64,000 nt of DNA from a virus, in the IMG/VR virus record IMGVR_UViG_3300037457_000038, positions 1-64,000 of that record; one strand, 5' to 3'. The position numbers were made by a program, and so were the translations under genes. Below are positions 53,431-63,240 of the stretch, piece by piece. The notes beneath the pieces are model-generated. The model saw only the letters and a program-made list of their open reading frames with translations, did no database searches and was not told the origin of the DNA. Each line of letters opens with the position of its first letter. Positions within the stretch are counted from its first letter, which is position 1.

Positions 53431-54669
53431 GTGCTGAACAACCAGATCATCGTCACCGACGGCACCCTGCGCGCGTACGCCCACAGGAACGCGCAGGGTG
53501 TCGTCGACGCGGCAGAACTCACTCACGGCGAGTGGGAAGAGATGCGCGCCCGGAATGCGAACTCCACGAAGGTCAAGCTGATCAAGTGCGCCAAGTGCTG
53601 GCAGCTGTACCGCGAGGTCCAGTGGCTGAAGACGTACAACACCAGCAGAGGCACGTGCGTCATCAGCCACCAGGCAGGCGAGGCGCGGCCGGACCACGAC
53701 TACGAGCCCGTCGAGACTCCAGTGCACCGGGCGTACAACAACCGCGCGTTCATGATCGGCGACGCCGAGGGCTACGACCCGCGGAAGGAAGCTTGGGCGC
53801 CGGATAAGAAGACCCGCGCCGATGTGCTGCTCACCGGAACGCTCACGATCGCTTACGAGCACCAGCACTCTCCGTTCAGCGCCACAGGGCGGTACAGCGC
53901 CCCCGAGCGCACCCGACTTGCTGCGGCTGTCGGGCGCACGGCCATGTGGCATGCCACCAGTGACACGGTCCGGGGCCAGGTGCCGATCCTCCGTACTGAC
54001 GGCGGCCTGCCGCCGAAGGTGATCGAAAACCCGAACTACCGGCATGAGTTCCGCGGCGGCATCTACCGCATTGAGATCTATACGTGCACCGTGCGCGACG
54101 GCCACGAGTGCCCGAACCGCAAGTTCAGCGGCTGCGGGAAGCCCCACGCCCGAGGACAGGTCACGGCAGGCGAGCTGGACGATGTCCTGCGAGGTGCCCC
54201 GATCGGCGAGTACATGCATCTGACTGACGCCAAGGTGGCCCGTGCGCCCAAGTTCTTCTGGACTGACCGGCAGTCATACGACCAGTACCTCATGTACGTC
54301 GCTGGCTCCGATACGCCGTCGCTCCTCGACGGCATACCAGCGAACCGGGGGAGGACCAGGAACGGCGCCCGCGGCGGGCATTCCCGCGCCAAGGAGCTGG
54401 AGCTTGAGGCGATGCGCGCGCAGGCCGTCGACCTGTCCGCGCTCGCCACGCAGCCCGACGAAGCGCTACGCCGTGCCCGCGATGGAGGCGGCCCGGAGAG
54501 CTGCACCCACTGGGTCGGCGCCGAGACCCGCTACTGCCACGCCACCGAGGCGGTACGCCGGTACGTAGTCGGCTACCGCTGCCCGGCGCACACGCCGAAC
54601 GCCCTTCGAGGGCTCCCCGAAGCGCCACCCGGGCCAGGCATCCCCGCCTACCGGGAGGCGGAGCGATGA
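53431..54669 (+). CDS. CoiA-like PD-(D/E)XK nuclease with small C-terminal Cys/His domain
   Basis: C..C, ET..H, RADVL...AYE.Q.S, ERT; tail CTHW.G...C...RCPAHTP. Confidence 0.6.
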   Translation: MLNNQIIVTDGTLRAYAHRNAQGVVDAAELTHGEWEEMRARNANSTKVKLIKCAKCWQLYREVQWLKTYNTSRGTCVISHQAGEARPDHDYEPVETPVHRAYNNRAFMIGDAEGYDPRKEAWAPDKKTRADVLLTGTLTIAYEHQHSPFSATGRYSAPERTRLAAAVGRTAMWHATSDTVRGQVPILRTDGGLPPKVIENPNYRHEFRGGIYRIEIYTCTVRDGHECPNRKFSGCGKPHARGQVTAGELDDVLRGAPIGEYMHLTDAKVARAPKFFWTDRQSYDQYLMYVAGSDTPSLLDGIPANRGRTRNGARGGHSRAKELELEAMRAQAVDLSALATQPDEALRRARDGGGPESCTHWVGAETRYCHATEAVRRYVVGYRCPAHTPNALRGLPEAPPGPGIPAYREAER

Positions 54670-54671
54670 CG

Positions 54672-54863
54672 TCAGGACTCAGCGGGTTCAGCCTTCGGCC
54701 GGCGCACGGCCGTCACCTTCGGTGTGCCGATGTACCACAGCACGAACTGGCGGAGCGCGGACGAGCGGTCCGTCCCCTCCGCCTTGGTCATCTCGCCGAA
54801 GCGTTGCCATGGCTCGGTGTCGAGTCGGAATCGCTGGATGGGCGTCTTCGGTGCGTTTGGCAT
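54672..54863 (-). CDS. Ribbon-helix-helix-like regulator, paralogue of 5805-6014
   Basis: TPIQRFRL...W..F...TKA.GT.R...LRQFVLWY. Confidence 0.7.
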   Translation of the reverse strand: MPNAPKTPIQRFRLDTEPWQRFGEMTKAEGTDRSSALRQFVLWYIGTPKVTAVRRPKAEPAES

Positions 54864-54896
54864 GTGGGGCTCCCGGGTGTCGGAGGTGCTGGCGGT

Positions 54897-54967
54897 GGTG
54901 GCTACACCAGCATAGTAGCGAACTTGATCGGTGTGGCTACACCTGACATAGTTGGTGTAGCCACACC
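54897..54967. promoter_or_regulatory. Three near-palindromic GT(G/A)GC(T/C)ACACC operators
   Basis: Copies at 54897, 54930 and 54954 between the RHH and HNH genes. Confidence 0.75.
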
Positions 54968-54989
54968 GTGCATGCCGAAAGGGAGTCAA

Positions 54990-56291
54990 ATGGCAGTCTC
55001 CAAGCGCCTCCGCTACGAAGTCCTCCGCCGCGACGGACACACCTGCCGCTACTGCGGCGGCACCGCCCCTGACGTGAAACTCACCGTCGACCACGTCACG
55101 CCCGTAGCCCTCGGCGGCACCGACACCGCAGACAACCTCGTCACCGCCTGCGGCCCCTGCAACAGCGGCAAGACCAGCTCCGCGCCGGACGCATCCCTCG
55201 TCGACGACGTCGCAGACGACGCCCTCCGGTGGGCCAACGCCATGAAGCAGGCCGCCGAGAACCTGCGCGAGCAGGAGAAGCCGAAGCTCGAATACCGCGA
55301 AGCATTCCTCCGCGAATGGAGCCGGTGGGGCCTCGGGAAAGGCGACAACCGAAAGTCGATCGAACTGCCCGGCGACTGGAAGCCCAGCATCGAGAACTTC
55401 CGCCTCGCAGGACTGCCCGCCTGGGTGTGGGCGGACATCGTCGACGCCGCTATGGGCCGCGACAAAGTCCTCCCGGAGAACAAGTTCAAGTACTGCTGCG
55501 GCATCGCCTGGAACAAGGTAACGGAACTCCAGGCTGATGCTCGACGAATCGTCGCCCCGGCTACCGCTGCTCCTGATTTGAGCCCACTCGGACAAGTTGC
55601 GTTCGACGTGTGGAGCCACACATGGCGCGAAGACCACGAGGAAGAGCCGCCCGCAGATGTTCAGGCAGGGTTCGCCCAGAGCGTCCAGGCGTATTTGGTG
55701 GAGGAGGAGTGGCTGCCAGCCGACCGCTTCATCGCGGCCGCTTCAGCTGGCGGGTCGGAGCGGTGCCCGACGATCCAAGCCTCGCTGGACACGCTCACCA
55801 GCACCGAACGGGCTGAAGTTGTCATCGAATGGGGCGACGCCTGGTGCGTCACTGGCGACAGCGCGCCCGATGGCTTCTTCTACTCGGTTGTTGCGGGCCA
55901 GGTCGACGCGATCGCTGAGCACTACCACGGGGACCTAAGCAGGATACGCCTTGCGGCGATCTTGGCTGGCTACCACCAGACCACCGAATTGCACTTCGGG
56001 CTACGCCCTGCCGACACCGCGGCAACGGGGGTGAGCCCGCATCGCCGGAGGGCGGTTGACCTCTGGTCCCGAAGTTTCCGTGGCGCGGCGGCGCGCTGGC
56101 CGACAGACGAGGAACGCGCCGCATTCTTCGGGCACATGCAGCGTGTCTTCGAGGACGGCCGGTATCGCACGGGCGACTTGTTCACCGCTGCTGTCGCTGC
56201 TGGCACCTATCAGGACCCCGACATGACTACATGCCTGACTCGGCACAGTTCCGTGTTCGAAGCAGCGGAATCTCCGCTGCCTGCTGCCTGA
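54990..56291 (+). CDS. HNH endonuclease with long helical C-terminus
   Basis: RYEVLRRD..TCRYCG...VDHV.P..LGG.D...NLVTAC..CN.GK. Confidence 0.88.
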   Translation: MAVSKRLRYEVLRRDGHTCRYCGGTAPDVKLTVDHVTPVALGGTDTADNLVTACGPCNSGKTSSAPDASLVDDVADDALRWANAMKQAAENLREQEKPKLEYREAFLREWSRWGLGKGDNRKSIELPGDWKPSIENFRLAGLPAWVWADIVDAAMGRDKVLPENKFKYCCGIAWNKVTELQADARRIVAPATAAPDLSPLGQVAFDVWSHTWREDHEEEPPADVQAGFAQSVQAYLVEEEWLPADRFIAAASAGGSERCPTIQASLDTLTSTERAEVVIEWGDAWCVTGDSAPDGFFYSVVAGQVDAIAEHYHGDLSRIRLAAILAGYHQTTELHFGLRPADTAATGVSPHRRRAVDLWSRSFRGAAARWPTDEERAAFFGHMQRVFEDGRYRTGDLFTAAVAAGTYQDPDMTTCLTRHSSVFEAAESPLPAA

Positions 56292-56328
56292 AGCCTTCTG
56301 TACGCCCTGCGCAATGAGATGAGAGCCC

Positions 56329-57165
56329 GTGAGTATCAAGGTGACGAACTGGGTGTGGGCCATGTCGGAGTCCCGTAATGGGGCTCGGCTGGTCATGCTC
56401 GCCTTGGCTGACCGTGCGGACGACACCGGGTTTTCGTGGCCGTCGATCGAAGACCTGAGTGAGCGTACGAAGCTCTCGGCTCGCGCGGTACAGAAGGGCA
56501 TCGCGAAGCTGGTCGAGATCGGCGAGCTGGAGGTCGAAGAGGGGGGCGGTCGGAGGGTCCGGAACCGGTACCGGATCACCCCGAAACCCCGCACATCTGA
56601 CGGGGTTACTGGCGAGGAACCCCGCACATCTGACGGGGTATCGCCAGAAGAAACCCCGAACTTTGAACCAGAAACCCCGAACTCTGCGACAGAAACCCCG
56701 AACAATACTCCCGGTAACCCCGTCAAATCTGCGGGGGAACCACCACAGGAACCGTCAAGGGAACCGTCAGGGAACCACCACCACTACCCGGCCCCCGACG
56801 AAGATCACCAGCGTGCGCCTGAGGACGTGGACAGCAGCCGCTACCCCCAGTGGCTCACCGAACTCCAAGACACCATGTCCGCCGCCGGGATCAACGTCCC
56901 GTGGAAGTTCCTCGGCGACGACATGATCCGGCTCCACAACGACATCAAGCGGCTCGGTATCCCGCTGATGGTGGAGCAAGCCGTCAACGCAGCGAGCAGC
57001 GCCACGAAGCCGCCATTCAGCTCGCGGTGGTTCTACGACGGCTGGCACTCCATGCGCACTCCAGCCGCCGCCCCTGACGACCGTCCCCCACTCCGCGCCG
57101 TATCCGGCGGCTGGCAGCCCTGGACCAACCCCGAAGACCAATCCGTCTACAAGAACCGGTGGTGA
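56329..57165 (+). CDS. Replication initiator (N-terminal HTH, internal iterons)
   Basis: RLVMLALADRA...G.SWPS...L..RT.LS.RAVQ..I..L...G.L; followed by DnaC-like gene. Confidence 0.85.
   Translation: MSIKVTNWVWAMSESRNGARLVMLALADRADDTGFSWPSIEDLSERTKLSARAVQKGIAKLVEIGELEVEEGGGRRVRNRYRITPKPRTSDGVTGEEPRTSDGVSPEETPNFEPETPNSATETPNNTPGNPVKSAGEPPQEPSREPSGNHHHYPAPDEDHQRAPEDVDSSRYPQWLTELQDTMSAAGINVPWKFLGDDMIRLHNDIKRLGIPLMVEQAVNAASSATKPPFSSRWFYDGWHSMRTPAAAPDDRPPLRAVSGGWQPWTNPEDQSVYKNRW
56585..56780. repeat. Iterons within the initiator gene
   Basis: 22-bp repeat at 56585 and 56618; AGAAACCCCGAAC at 56649, 56670 and 56691; four GGAACC. Confidence 0.8.
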
Positions 57166-57168
57166 CCC

Positions 57169-57948
57169 ATGACCCACCCCGACCGCCTCGCAGACCGACC
57201 CGGCAGCATGCTCGCCCGCCTCATCGCTGGCGTACGCGAGCACGCCCCGGACGCCGCCGCCCTCGGCCCGTTGCCGCCCGAGGCGCCCGGCCCCGACGAG
57301 CCGGGTCACCCCGAGTACCACCGCCGCCAGCGGGTGGAGTTCGCGCTCAAGCGCTGGTCTGCGGCTACCCCGCGCCGCTACCGGTCGGCTACCGCCACCG
57401 ACCCCCGCGTCGAGACCTGGGTCGTGCAGGCTGCCGCGTACTTTGCCCAGCCCGAACCTGACCCCGACGACGAGGACGCCACCGACGAGGCGCCGATACT
57501 CCCGTCGCTGCTCCTCACTGGCCCGACCGGTACCGGGAAGACGCATGAGGCGTACGGCGCGCTCCGCGCCATCGCCGAGTCCGCACCCCGCCGCCGGTAC
57601 TCGCTGATCGCCACGACCAGCGCCGACATGTACGGCGACCTCCGCCCCACCGGACAGGTCGGTGCCGCCGAGCAGCAGCTGAAGCGGCTCGTCGAAATCC
57701 CGCTGCTCCTCCTCGACGACCTCGGCTCCGCCAAAGCATCCGAGTGGACCGAGGAGGTCACCTACCGGCTGATCAACGAGCGGTACAACACCTGCCTCCC
57801 GACGATCTTCACCAGCAACCTGCCGCCCGCCGCCACCGGCCGCACCGACCTCACCGGGATGCTCGGCGACCGCATCGTCTCCCGCCTCGCCGAAATGACC
57901 ACCGTCATCGACATGACCGGCACCGACCGCCGCCGGAGGTCCGCATGA
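57169..57948 (+). CDS. DnaC/IstB-like AAA+ helicase loader
   Basis: GPTGTGKT, LLLLDDLG, INERY...PTIFTSN, RIVSRL.EM, G.DRR. Confidence 0.92.
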   Translation: MTHPDRLADRPGSMLARLIAGVREHAPDAAALGPLPPEAPGPDEPGHPEYHRRQRVEFALKRWSAATPRRYRSATATDPRVETWVVQAAAYFAQPEPDPDDEDATDEAPILPSLLLTGPTGTGKTHEAYGALRAIAESAPRRRYSLIATTSADMYGDLRPTGQVGAAEQQLKRLVEIPLLLLDDLGSAKASEWTEEVTYRLINERYNTCLPTIFTSNLPPAATGRTDLTGMLGDRIVSRLAEMTTVIDMTGTDRRRRSA

Positions 57949-58184
57949 ACGTCAACGACACCTGCCCCCGCTGCATGAAACGGGACGTGCCACCCCGCGT
58001 CGACGCCGAGGACTACGACGGCAACCCCCACAGCTCCTACCGCTGCCCCGCCTGCGGCCACACCTGGTTCACCATCCGCCGCGCCGAGCCGGGCCCGGAC
58101 TACTACGCCACCTACGACGACCCCGACGCGTGGGAAGCCGAAGACGACTTCACCGACTACGACCGCGAACGAGGCTGGCTGTGA
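57945..58184 (+). CDS. Zinc-ribbon protein
   Basis: CPRC...YRCPACGHTW. Confidence 0.65.
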   Translation: MNVNDTCPRCMKRDVPPRVDAEDYDGNPHSSYRCPACGHTWFTIRRAEPGPDYYATYDDPDAWEAEDDFTDYDRERGWL

Positions 58185-58372
58185 CCGGCGCTCCGCGGCC
58201 GGACAGTCTGCGCCTCACCGGTCCCCCCGCCCCGGAGTGGCAGGTGCCATGCCCGCACTGCAAAGCCCCACCCGGCACCCGCTGCACCACACCACGCGGC
58301 CGGCCACTCCACACCCCGTACCACCCCGCACGACACCACGCCCACCAACAGCAGCAGGAGACCCAGCCGTGA
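58181..58372 (+). CDS. Zinc-finger protein
   Basis: V.CPHC.A.PG.RC...HPAR. Confidence 0.65.
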   Translation: MTGAPRPDSLRLTGPPAPEWQVPCPHCKAPPGTRCTTPRGRPLHTPYHPARHHAHQQQQETQP

Positions 58373-58914
58373 CCCAGCAGCACGCCACCCGCCAGCCCCT
58401 CACTGACCACGACCTCGACCTCATCGCAGTCCGCGCCGCGCACCTGAACGAGACATCCGGCTACGCCCGGCTGCCCGACGATGCCGAAATCCTGACCGGA
58501 ACCGACGTGCCCGCACTCCTCACCGAAATCCACCGCCTCCGCGACGAACTCGCCGAAGTCAAAGCCGGGCAAGACCCCCGACTCCGCTGCCTCATCGTCA
58601 AGCCCGACCGAGACAAGGACATGTACGTCGGCTGGTCCAACACCGTCGAAACACCCACCGGCGTCTGGTCCCGCGAAACCGCCCTCGAATACGGCTTCCC
58701 GCGATCCCGCCTCGACCGCGCCGACACCAACGGCAGCAGCGACCTCAGCCACGGCGACGGCCACTGGAACGACACCGGGTTCATCGCAGAACAACGCGGC
58801 TGGCTCCGTCGTGACCGCCTCGGCGACTACGCCATCGAGTACCTCCACGGCGACCGGCAAGCCGCGTTCGACCTGCTGGAGCCATTCGAGGACGAGACCG
58901 AGGTGCGCCGCTGA
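58369..58914 (+). CDS. Hypothetical protein
   Basis: RBS AGGAG; DVPALL.EI.RLR. Confidence 0.65.
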   Translation: MTQQHATRQPLTDHDLDLIAVRAAHLNETSGYARLPDDAEILTGTDVPALLTEIHRLRDELAEVKAGQDPRLRCLIVKPDRDKDMYVGWSNTVETPTGVWSRETALEYGFPRSRLDRADTNGSSDLSHGDGHWNDTGFIAEQRGWLRRDRLGDYAIEYLHGDRQAAFDLLEPFEDETEVRR

Positions 58915-59143
58915 GACCGCCGTCATCCGGTTCCACCACCAGCCGCGCACAGGACCAGCCGACGTGACCCCGCGCTGTGCCGCCTGCCGCCGCCAGCTCC
59001 GTGACCCCGACAGCCGCACCCGCGGCTTCGGCCCGGTTTGCTGGCGCGCCAGACACCCACCACCAGCACGCGGTGGCCCCGCCCCGCCACGACACCGGCC
59101 ACAACCCGAACAGCAGCAACTCGCACTCGAACTGGAGACACCC

Positions 59144-59398
59144 GTGACCCTCGCCGAACTCCGCGCCCAACTCGACGCCCTCAACCTGCCCGACGACACC
59201 CCCGTGATCCTCGCCCGCGACGCCGAAGGCAACGGCTACAGCCCCATCGCCACCGTCGACGACGCGCTGTACGACGCCGAATCCCCGTACAGCGGCTCCA
59301 TGTACGCCAGCCCCGCCATGCGGGCCGCCGAGCCGGACGAGTGGGACGAGGCGCCCTTCAGGGCGGTCACTGCGGTCTTCCTCCGGCCCACGAACTGA
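59144..59398 (+). CDS. Hypothetical protein
   Basis: RBS GGAG; PVILA.DAEGNGYSP. Confidence 0.7.
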   Translation: MTLAELRAQLDALNLPDDTPVILARDAEGNGYSPIATVDDALYDAESPYSGSMYASPAMRAAEPDEWDEAPFRAVTAVFLRPTN

Positions 59399-59455
59399 CC
59401 CCGCCGCCTGCTGCCCGGCCGTCATCGTGCGGCCGGGCCCGACCCCGGAGACACC

Positions 59456-60052
59456 ATGACCCACCACCGCCCCAGCAAGGCCCCTGTGCGCCCGTCTGAC
59501 GGCCCGAACCCCATCGGCGAGTCCCGCGCGGAGCCCGGCGCTCCCGCAGAGGCTCACACAGGCGCTCAGAAGCTCCGGCTCGACCAGATGAACGACGACC
59601 TGCTCGAAGCCCTCTACGACGAACGCGACCAGCTCCGAGCCTGGCTCGAACGCGGCATCGACCAGCACATGGCCTTCGGCCTCATCCGCCCCGACGGCAC
59701 CGACGAACAGTTCCCCTGCGCGGACTGGTGCTACGCCTGCCGCCTCGACCGCGCCGAGGCCGAGCGGGACATGCTGGGCCGGGAGTCGGACCGGCTCCGC
59801 CGCGACTGGGTCGCGATGCGCGCCCGCGCCGAAACCGCCGAGGCCGCACGGGACCAGCACGCCGACATCCTCCGCGAGTACATCCAACTCGCCGACGTCA
59901 CCCACGCCTACCGCATCCAAGGCGGCCACGACAGCCTCGGCGAGAACCTGTCCTGCGCCGGGTGCGCACTGCGCGACAAAGCCCGCACCGCCCTGGCCGC
60001 CCAACTCCAGGACGGGCCAACCAGCGGCGCCGACGACGCCACCGGAGCCTGA
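59456..60052 (+). CDS. Coiled-coil hypothetical protein
   Basis: RBS GGAG; LDQM.DD.L.ALY. Confidence 0.6.
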   Translation: MTHHRPSKAPVRPSDGPNPIGESRAEPGAPAEAHTGAQKLRLDQMNDDLLEALYDERDQLRAWLERGIDQHMAFGLIRPDGTDEQFPCADWCYACRLDRAEAERDMLGRESDRLRRDWVAMRARAETAEAARDQHADILREYIQLADVTHAYRIQGGHDSLGENLSCAGCALRDKARTALAAQLQDGPTSGADDATGA

Positions 60053-60053
60053 C

Positions 60054-60251
60054 ATGCACGACCGTCCCCTGAACGACTGCGGGTTCCCCTCCGAGACCAT
60101 CGCCGCCGAGTACGAAACCGACCAAGCCCTCCGCGAGGCAGGCGACAACATGACCGACCCGTACTTCGCCGCCGCGTGGGCTGCCGAGTGCGAGCAGCGC
60201 GACCTCGACCGCGACAGCGTGCAGGCCGCCGCCGAGGAGAGCAGCCAGTGA
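60054..60251 (+). CDS. Small acidic protein
   Basis: RBS GGAG; coupling. Confidence 0.5.
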   Translation: MHDRPLNDCGFPSETIAAEYETDQALREAGDNMTDPYFAAAWAAECEQRDLDRDSVQAAAEESSQ

Positions 60252-60527
60252 CCTACCCGACCTGCCCTCGCTGCCAATGCCACTCACAGACGCTCAGCAA
60301 CGACGGCCGCACCATCCGATGTGTCCGGACATCCGGCCACCCAGGCGACCACGTAAACCTGCTCAAAGCAGGTCCCGAGCGGATCCGCTGGCCTGAACCC
60401 TCACCCGAGGGGAGCAGCCATTGAGCAGCGAGGAGCCAGAGCGTGCCCATATCGCTGAGGGCCGCGCGCTCGCCCGCGCTGACCGCGACGAAGCCCTCAC
60501 CAAGGACACCCCCGAGGAGAACGACCG

Positions 60528-60788
60528 ATGAGCGACGCCCGGATCTACCGCTACGAAGTACCCGTCGACGACCAATGGCACGCGATCACCGGATGCAGCA
60601 CACCCCTCCACATCGACTCCCGTGACCCGCAGGTGGTCGAGTTCTGGGCCTGGCCCCGGCCCGACCTGCCCGCCCGGTTCTTCCGGGTCTTCGGCACCGG
60701 CCACCCCATCCCCGACGGAGCCGTCTACCGCGGCACAACCGTGGCGCCCGGGGGCGTCCTGGTCTGGCACCTCCTGGAGGACCGATGA
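60528..60788 (+). CDS. Hypothetical protein
   Basis: IYRYEVPVDD, F.VFGTGHP, YRGT, LVWHL. Confidence 0.7.
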   Translation: MSDARIYRYEVPVDDQWHAITGCSTPLHIDSRDPQVVEFWAWPRPDLPARFFRVFGTGHPIPDGAVYRGTTVAPGGVLVWHLLEDR

Positions 60789-61564
60789 GCGACACCGCCA
60801 GCCCGGCCGACGAGCTGCACGCCGCCGCCACGAAGCTGTACGCCCTGCTCGCCGACCTGGGCGACTGCCGAGGCCCCTGGTACGTCGTGAACCGGAAGCA
60901 GCGCCCGTACCCGCAGCGCATCGACAACATCGGCGTGCCCTACATCGTCGCCAGCACCACCACCGACCCCAGCCATCCGCCGACGATCGCGGACTACATC
61001 GTCGTCATGCACCCCGGCGTAGGGCGCGCGGTCGCCGAATGGCTCACCGCCGCCGCCGACGAGGCCGAAACCATCGGCACCGACCCGGAAGCCCTCGCGG
61101 TGGCGCAGGCGATCCTCGGACAGCACGCCCCGGACGACGCGTCGGTGCGCATGCCGTGCGGCTGCGACCTCGAAGGCGGTGACTGCACCGACAAGGCCGC
61201 CCCGGATGACGGGCTGCGCGAGGAGTACGCGGCGCTCTTCCGCTGCCCGCCCGGAGAAACCCTCCTCGGCGACGAGCCGCCCGGAACCATCGCCGACGCG
61301 ATCCTCACCGTCCGCGACCGCCACGTGGAGGAGCTGCGCGCCGACTGCCAACAGCTCTCCGACCAGGCCGACGAATGGCACCACCGCGCCGAACACGCCG
61401 AAGCCGCCCTCACCCGTGTGCGCGACGTCGCCACAGTGGCCACAGCCAACCCCGCTGCAGGCCTCAGCGACTACCGCATCGGCCGCCACGACCTCGCACA
61501 GGCCATCCTCACCACCCTCGGCCAGACCGGCCAGGAGCAGCCCGAACCCACCGAGGAGAGCTGA
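60785..61564 (+). CDS. Mosaic hypothetical protein
   Basis: RBS GGAGG; ADYI..MHPGVG.A.A.WL. Confidence 0.65.
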   Translation: MSDTASPADELHAAATKLYALLADLGDCRGPWYVVNRKQRPYPQRIDNIGVPYIVASTTTDPSHPPTIADYIVVMHPGVGRAVAEWLTAAADEAETIGTDPEALAVAQAILGQHAPDDASVRMPCGCDLEGGDCTDKAAPDDGLREEYAALFRCPPGETLLGDEPPGTIADAILTVRDRHVEELRADCQQLSDQADEWHHRAEHAEAALTRVRDVATVATANPAAGLSDYRIGRHDLAQAILTTLGQTGQEQPEPTEES

Positions 61565-61866
61565 CCGTGGTTGTCGCATGCAGCAGCAAGGGACGCCCCG
61601 GCGCCGTCAAGGTCGTCAAAGGCGGCCAGTACGAATGCGTCCGGTGCGGGGTCCGCTGGCCGATGAGCCGGGGCAGCAGGCACCCGCAGCGCTAAACAGC
61701 AGGAGGCCCGCACTCCCGGGGGGTGGGGTGCGGGCCAACGCGGCCGGCGGTTACGCGCTGCACCACGCTACCGTCCGGCGCCGACAACGGTCACGCTTCC
61801 GCAACAGCCGTACGCCAGCAGCTGGTGTACGGCACCATGACCCCCACTCGAACACAAAGGGGGAAC

Positions 61867-62418
61867 ATGCGCACCCGCACCGCCGCATCCACAGCCGCCG
61901 TACTCACGGCCGGATTGCTACTCACCGGCTGCTCCAGCAACAACACCAGCGACACCGGCCAGGACGGCAAACCAGACGACACCGTCACCGCAGCCACCGA
62001 AAAAGCCGAAGAGGAAACCGAAGAGACCGGGGACAAGGCCGTCGGCCTCACCCAAGCCGTCACCTACGACGACGGCGTCGAAGTCTCCCTCACCGGATTC
62101 ACGCGCGGCGTATCAAGCGAGTTCGCGTCACCGGAGAACACGCCGTACATAAAGTTCACCATCAAGGTCAACAACGGCGGCAAGACGACCATCGACCTCA
62201 ACGAGATGTACCTAAGCTGCCTCTACGGCGATGATGCCAAGCCGGGCGAGCAGATCTTCGACGAGGGCCTCGACATGCCGACGACACACGTCCGGCCGGG
62301 CCGGTCTATCAGCGTGACCACTGCGTGCGAGCTGCCGAAAGGTGAGGAGTACGCGCAGATCGAGCTGACGCCGACTGCGGAATCCGAGACAGCGATCTTC
62401 GCGGGCGACGTCAAATAG
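61867..62418 (+). CDS. Lipoprotein (DUF4352-like Ig fold)
   Basis: Lipobox LTGC; F.IKV.N.GK..ID; V.PG.S. Confidence 0.8.
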   Translation: MRTRTAASTAAVLTAGLLLTGCSSNNTSDTGQDGKPDDTVTAATEKAEEETEETGDKAVGLTQAVTYDDGVEVSLTGFTRGVSSEFASPENTPYIKFTIKVNNGGKTTIDLNEMYLSCLYGDDAKPGEQIFDEGLDMPTTHVRPGRSISVTTACELPKGEEYAQIELTPTAESETAIFAGDVK

Positions 62419-62673
62419 CCTGATCCCGGGCAGCGCAACGCCCCGCCAACTACCTCTTGGCGGGGCCCCGTCGCGTGCGGCTACTCCTCCATCAGCGATC
62501 CCACCCCGCACCCTCGTCGCCCTCAAGCCATGCGTAGTAGTCGCTGCCCTGCCACGCCGTATGCCTGCCGTGATAGCCGCGCTCTCCGCAGTACACGGTG
62601 TCCGGCATCGGCTCCTCCCGGTACGTGGCCGGGCACGGCGCGTCGTCCTCCTGCACGAACTCATCCACGCCGC

Positions 62674-63111
62674 TCACTCCTGCGTCTCCGGCGGCGGCCC
62701 GTAGCCCGCCTCCTCCAAGGCGTTCATCAGGTCGCCGACGTCCGAGCCGTACCCGTCGTTGGCGTCGGCGATCCACTTCCACACGATCCCGAGAATCGCT
62801 TGCGCGTCGCCGCTGAGCGGGCGCGCCTCTGTGTGCTGTTTCGTCACTTCTTCTCCTTGGTCGTCGGCGGGCGCGAGGTCGGTCTGGGGCCTGCGCTTCT
62901 TGCCTTGCTGCTTCGGGTTCGCCTCGAACCAGGCGGCCACCTCGTCAGCGTGATACCGGATCTTCGTGGAGCCCTCCACCGAGACCGGCTGAGGGAAGGT
63001 GCTGCTCCGCCGGTACGTGTGCACCGATGAGCGGCTCACCCCGTGCTCCTCCGCGATCTCATTGATGGTGATCAAGCGCGGGCTCCCCTCTCGTTCAGGG
63101 TTTTCGGGCAC
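62674..63111 (-). CDS. AlpA/excisionase-like HTH regulator
   Basis: LITINEIAEEHGVSRSSV..YR....FPQP...Y...EVAAW. Confidence 0.8.
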   Translation of the reverse strand: MPENPEREGSPRLITINEIAEEHGVSRSSVHTYRRSSTFPQPVSVEGSTKIRYHADEVAAWFEANPKQQGKKRRPQTDLAPADDQGEEVTKQHTEARPLSGDAQAILGIVWKWIADANDGYGSDVGDLMNALEEAGYGPPPETQE

Positions 63112-63126
63112 GGCTACATCCTCCCC

Positions 63127-63153
63127 GAACTTCTGGACAATGTCCAGAAGTTC
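63127..63153. promoter_or_regulatory. Perfect 13+1+13 palindromic operator
   Basis: GAACTTCTGGACA-A-TGTCCAGAAGTTC between divergent genes. Confidence 0.85.
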
Positions 63154-63240
63154 TGTCACTGTGGAACTGCACCAACAGAAACGGCCCGGCAGGAGATCTC
63201 ACCCTCCTGCCGGGCCAGCCACCGCCTGCCTACACAGGAG

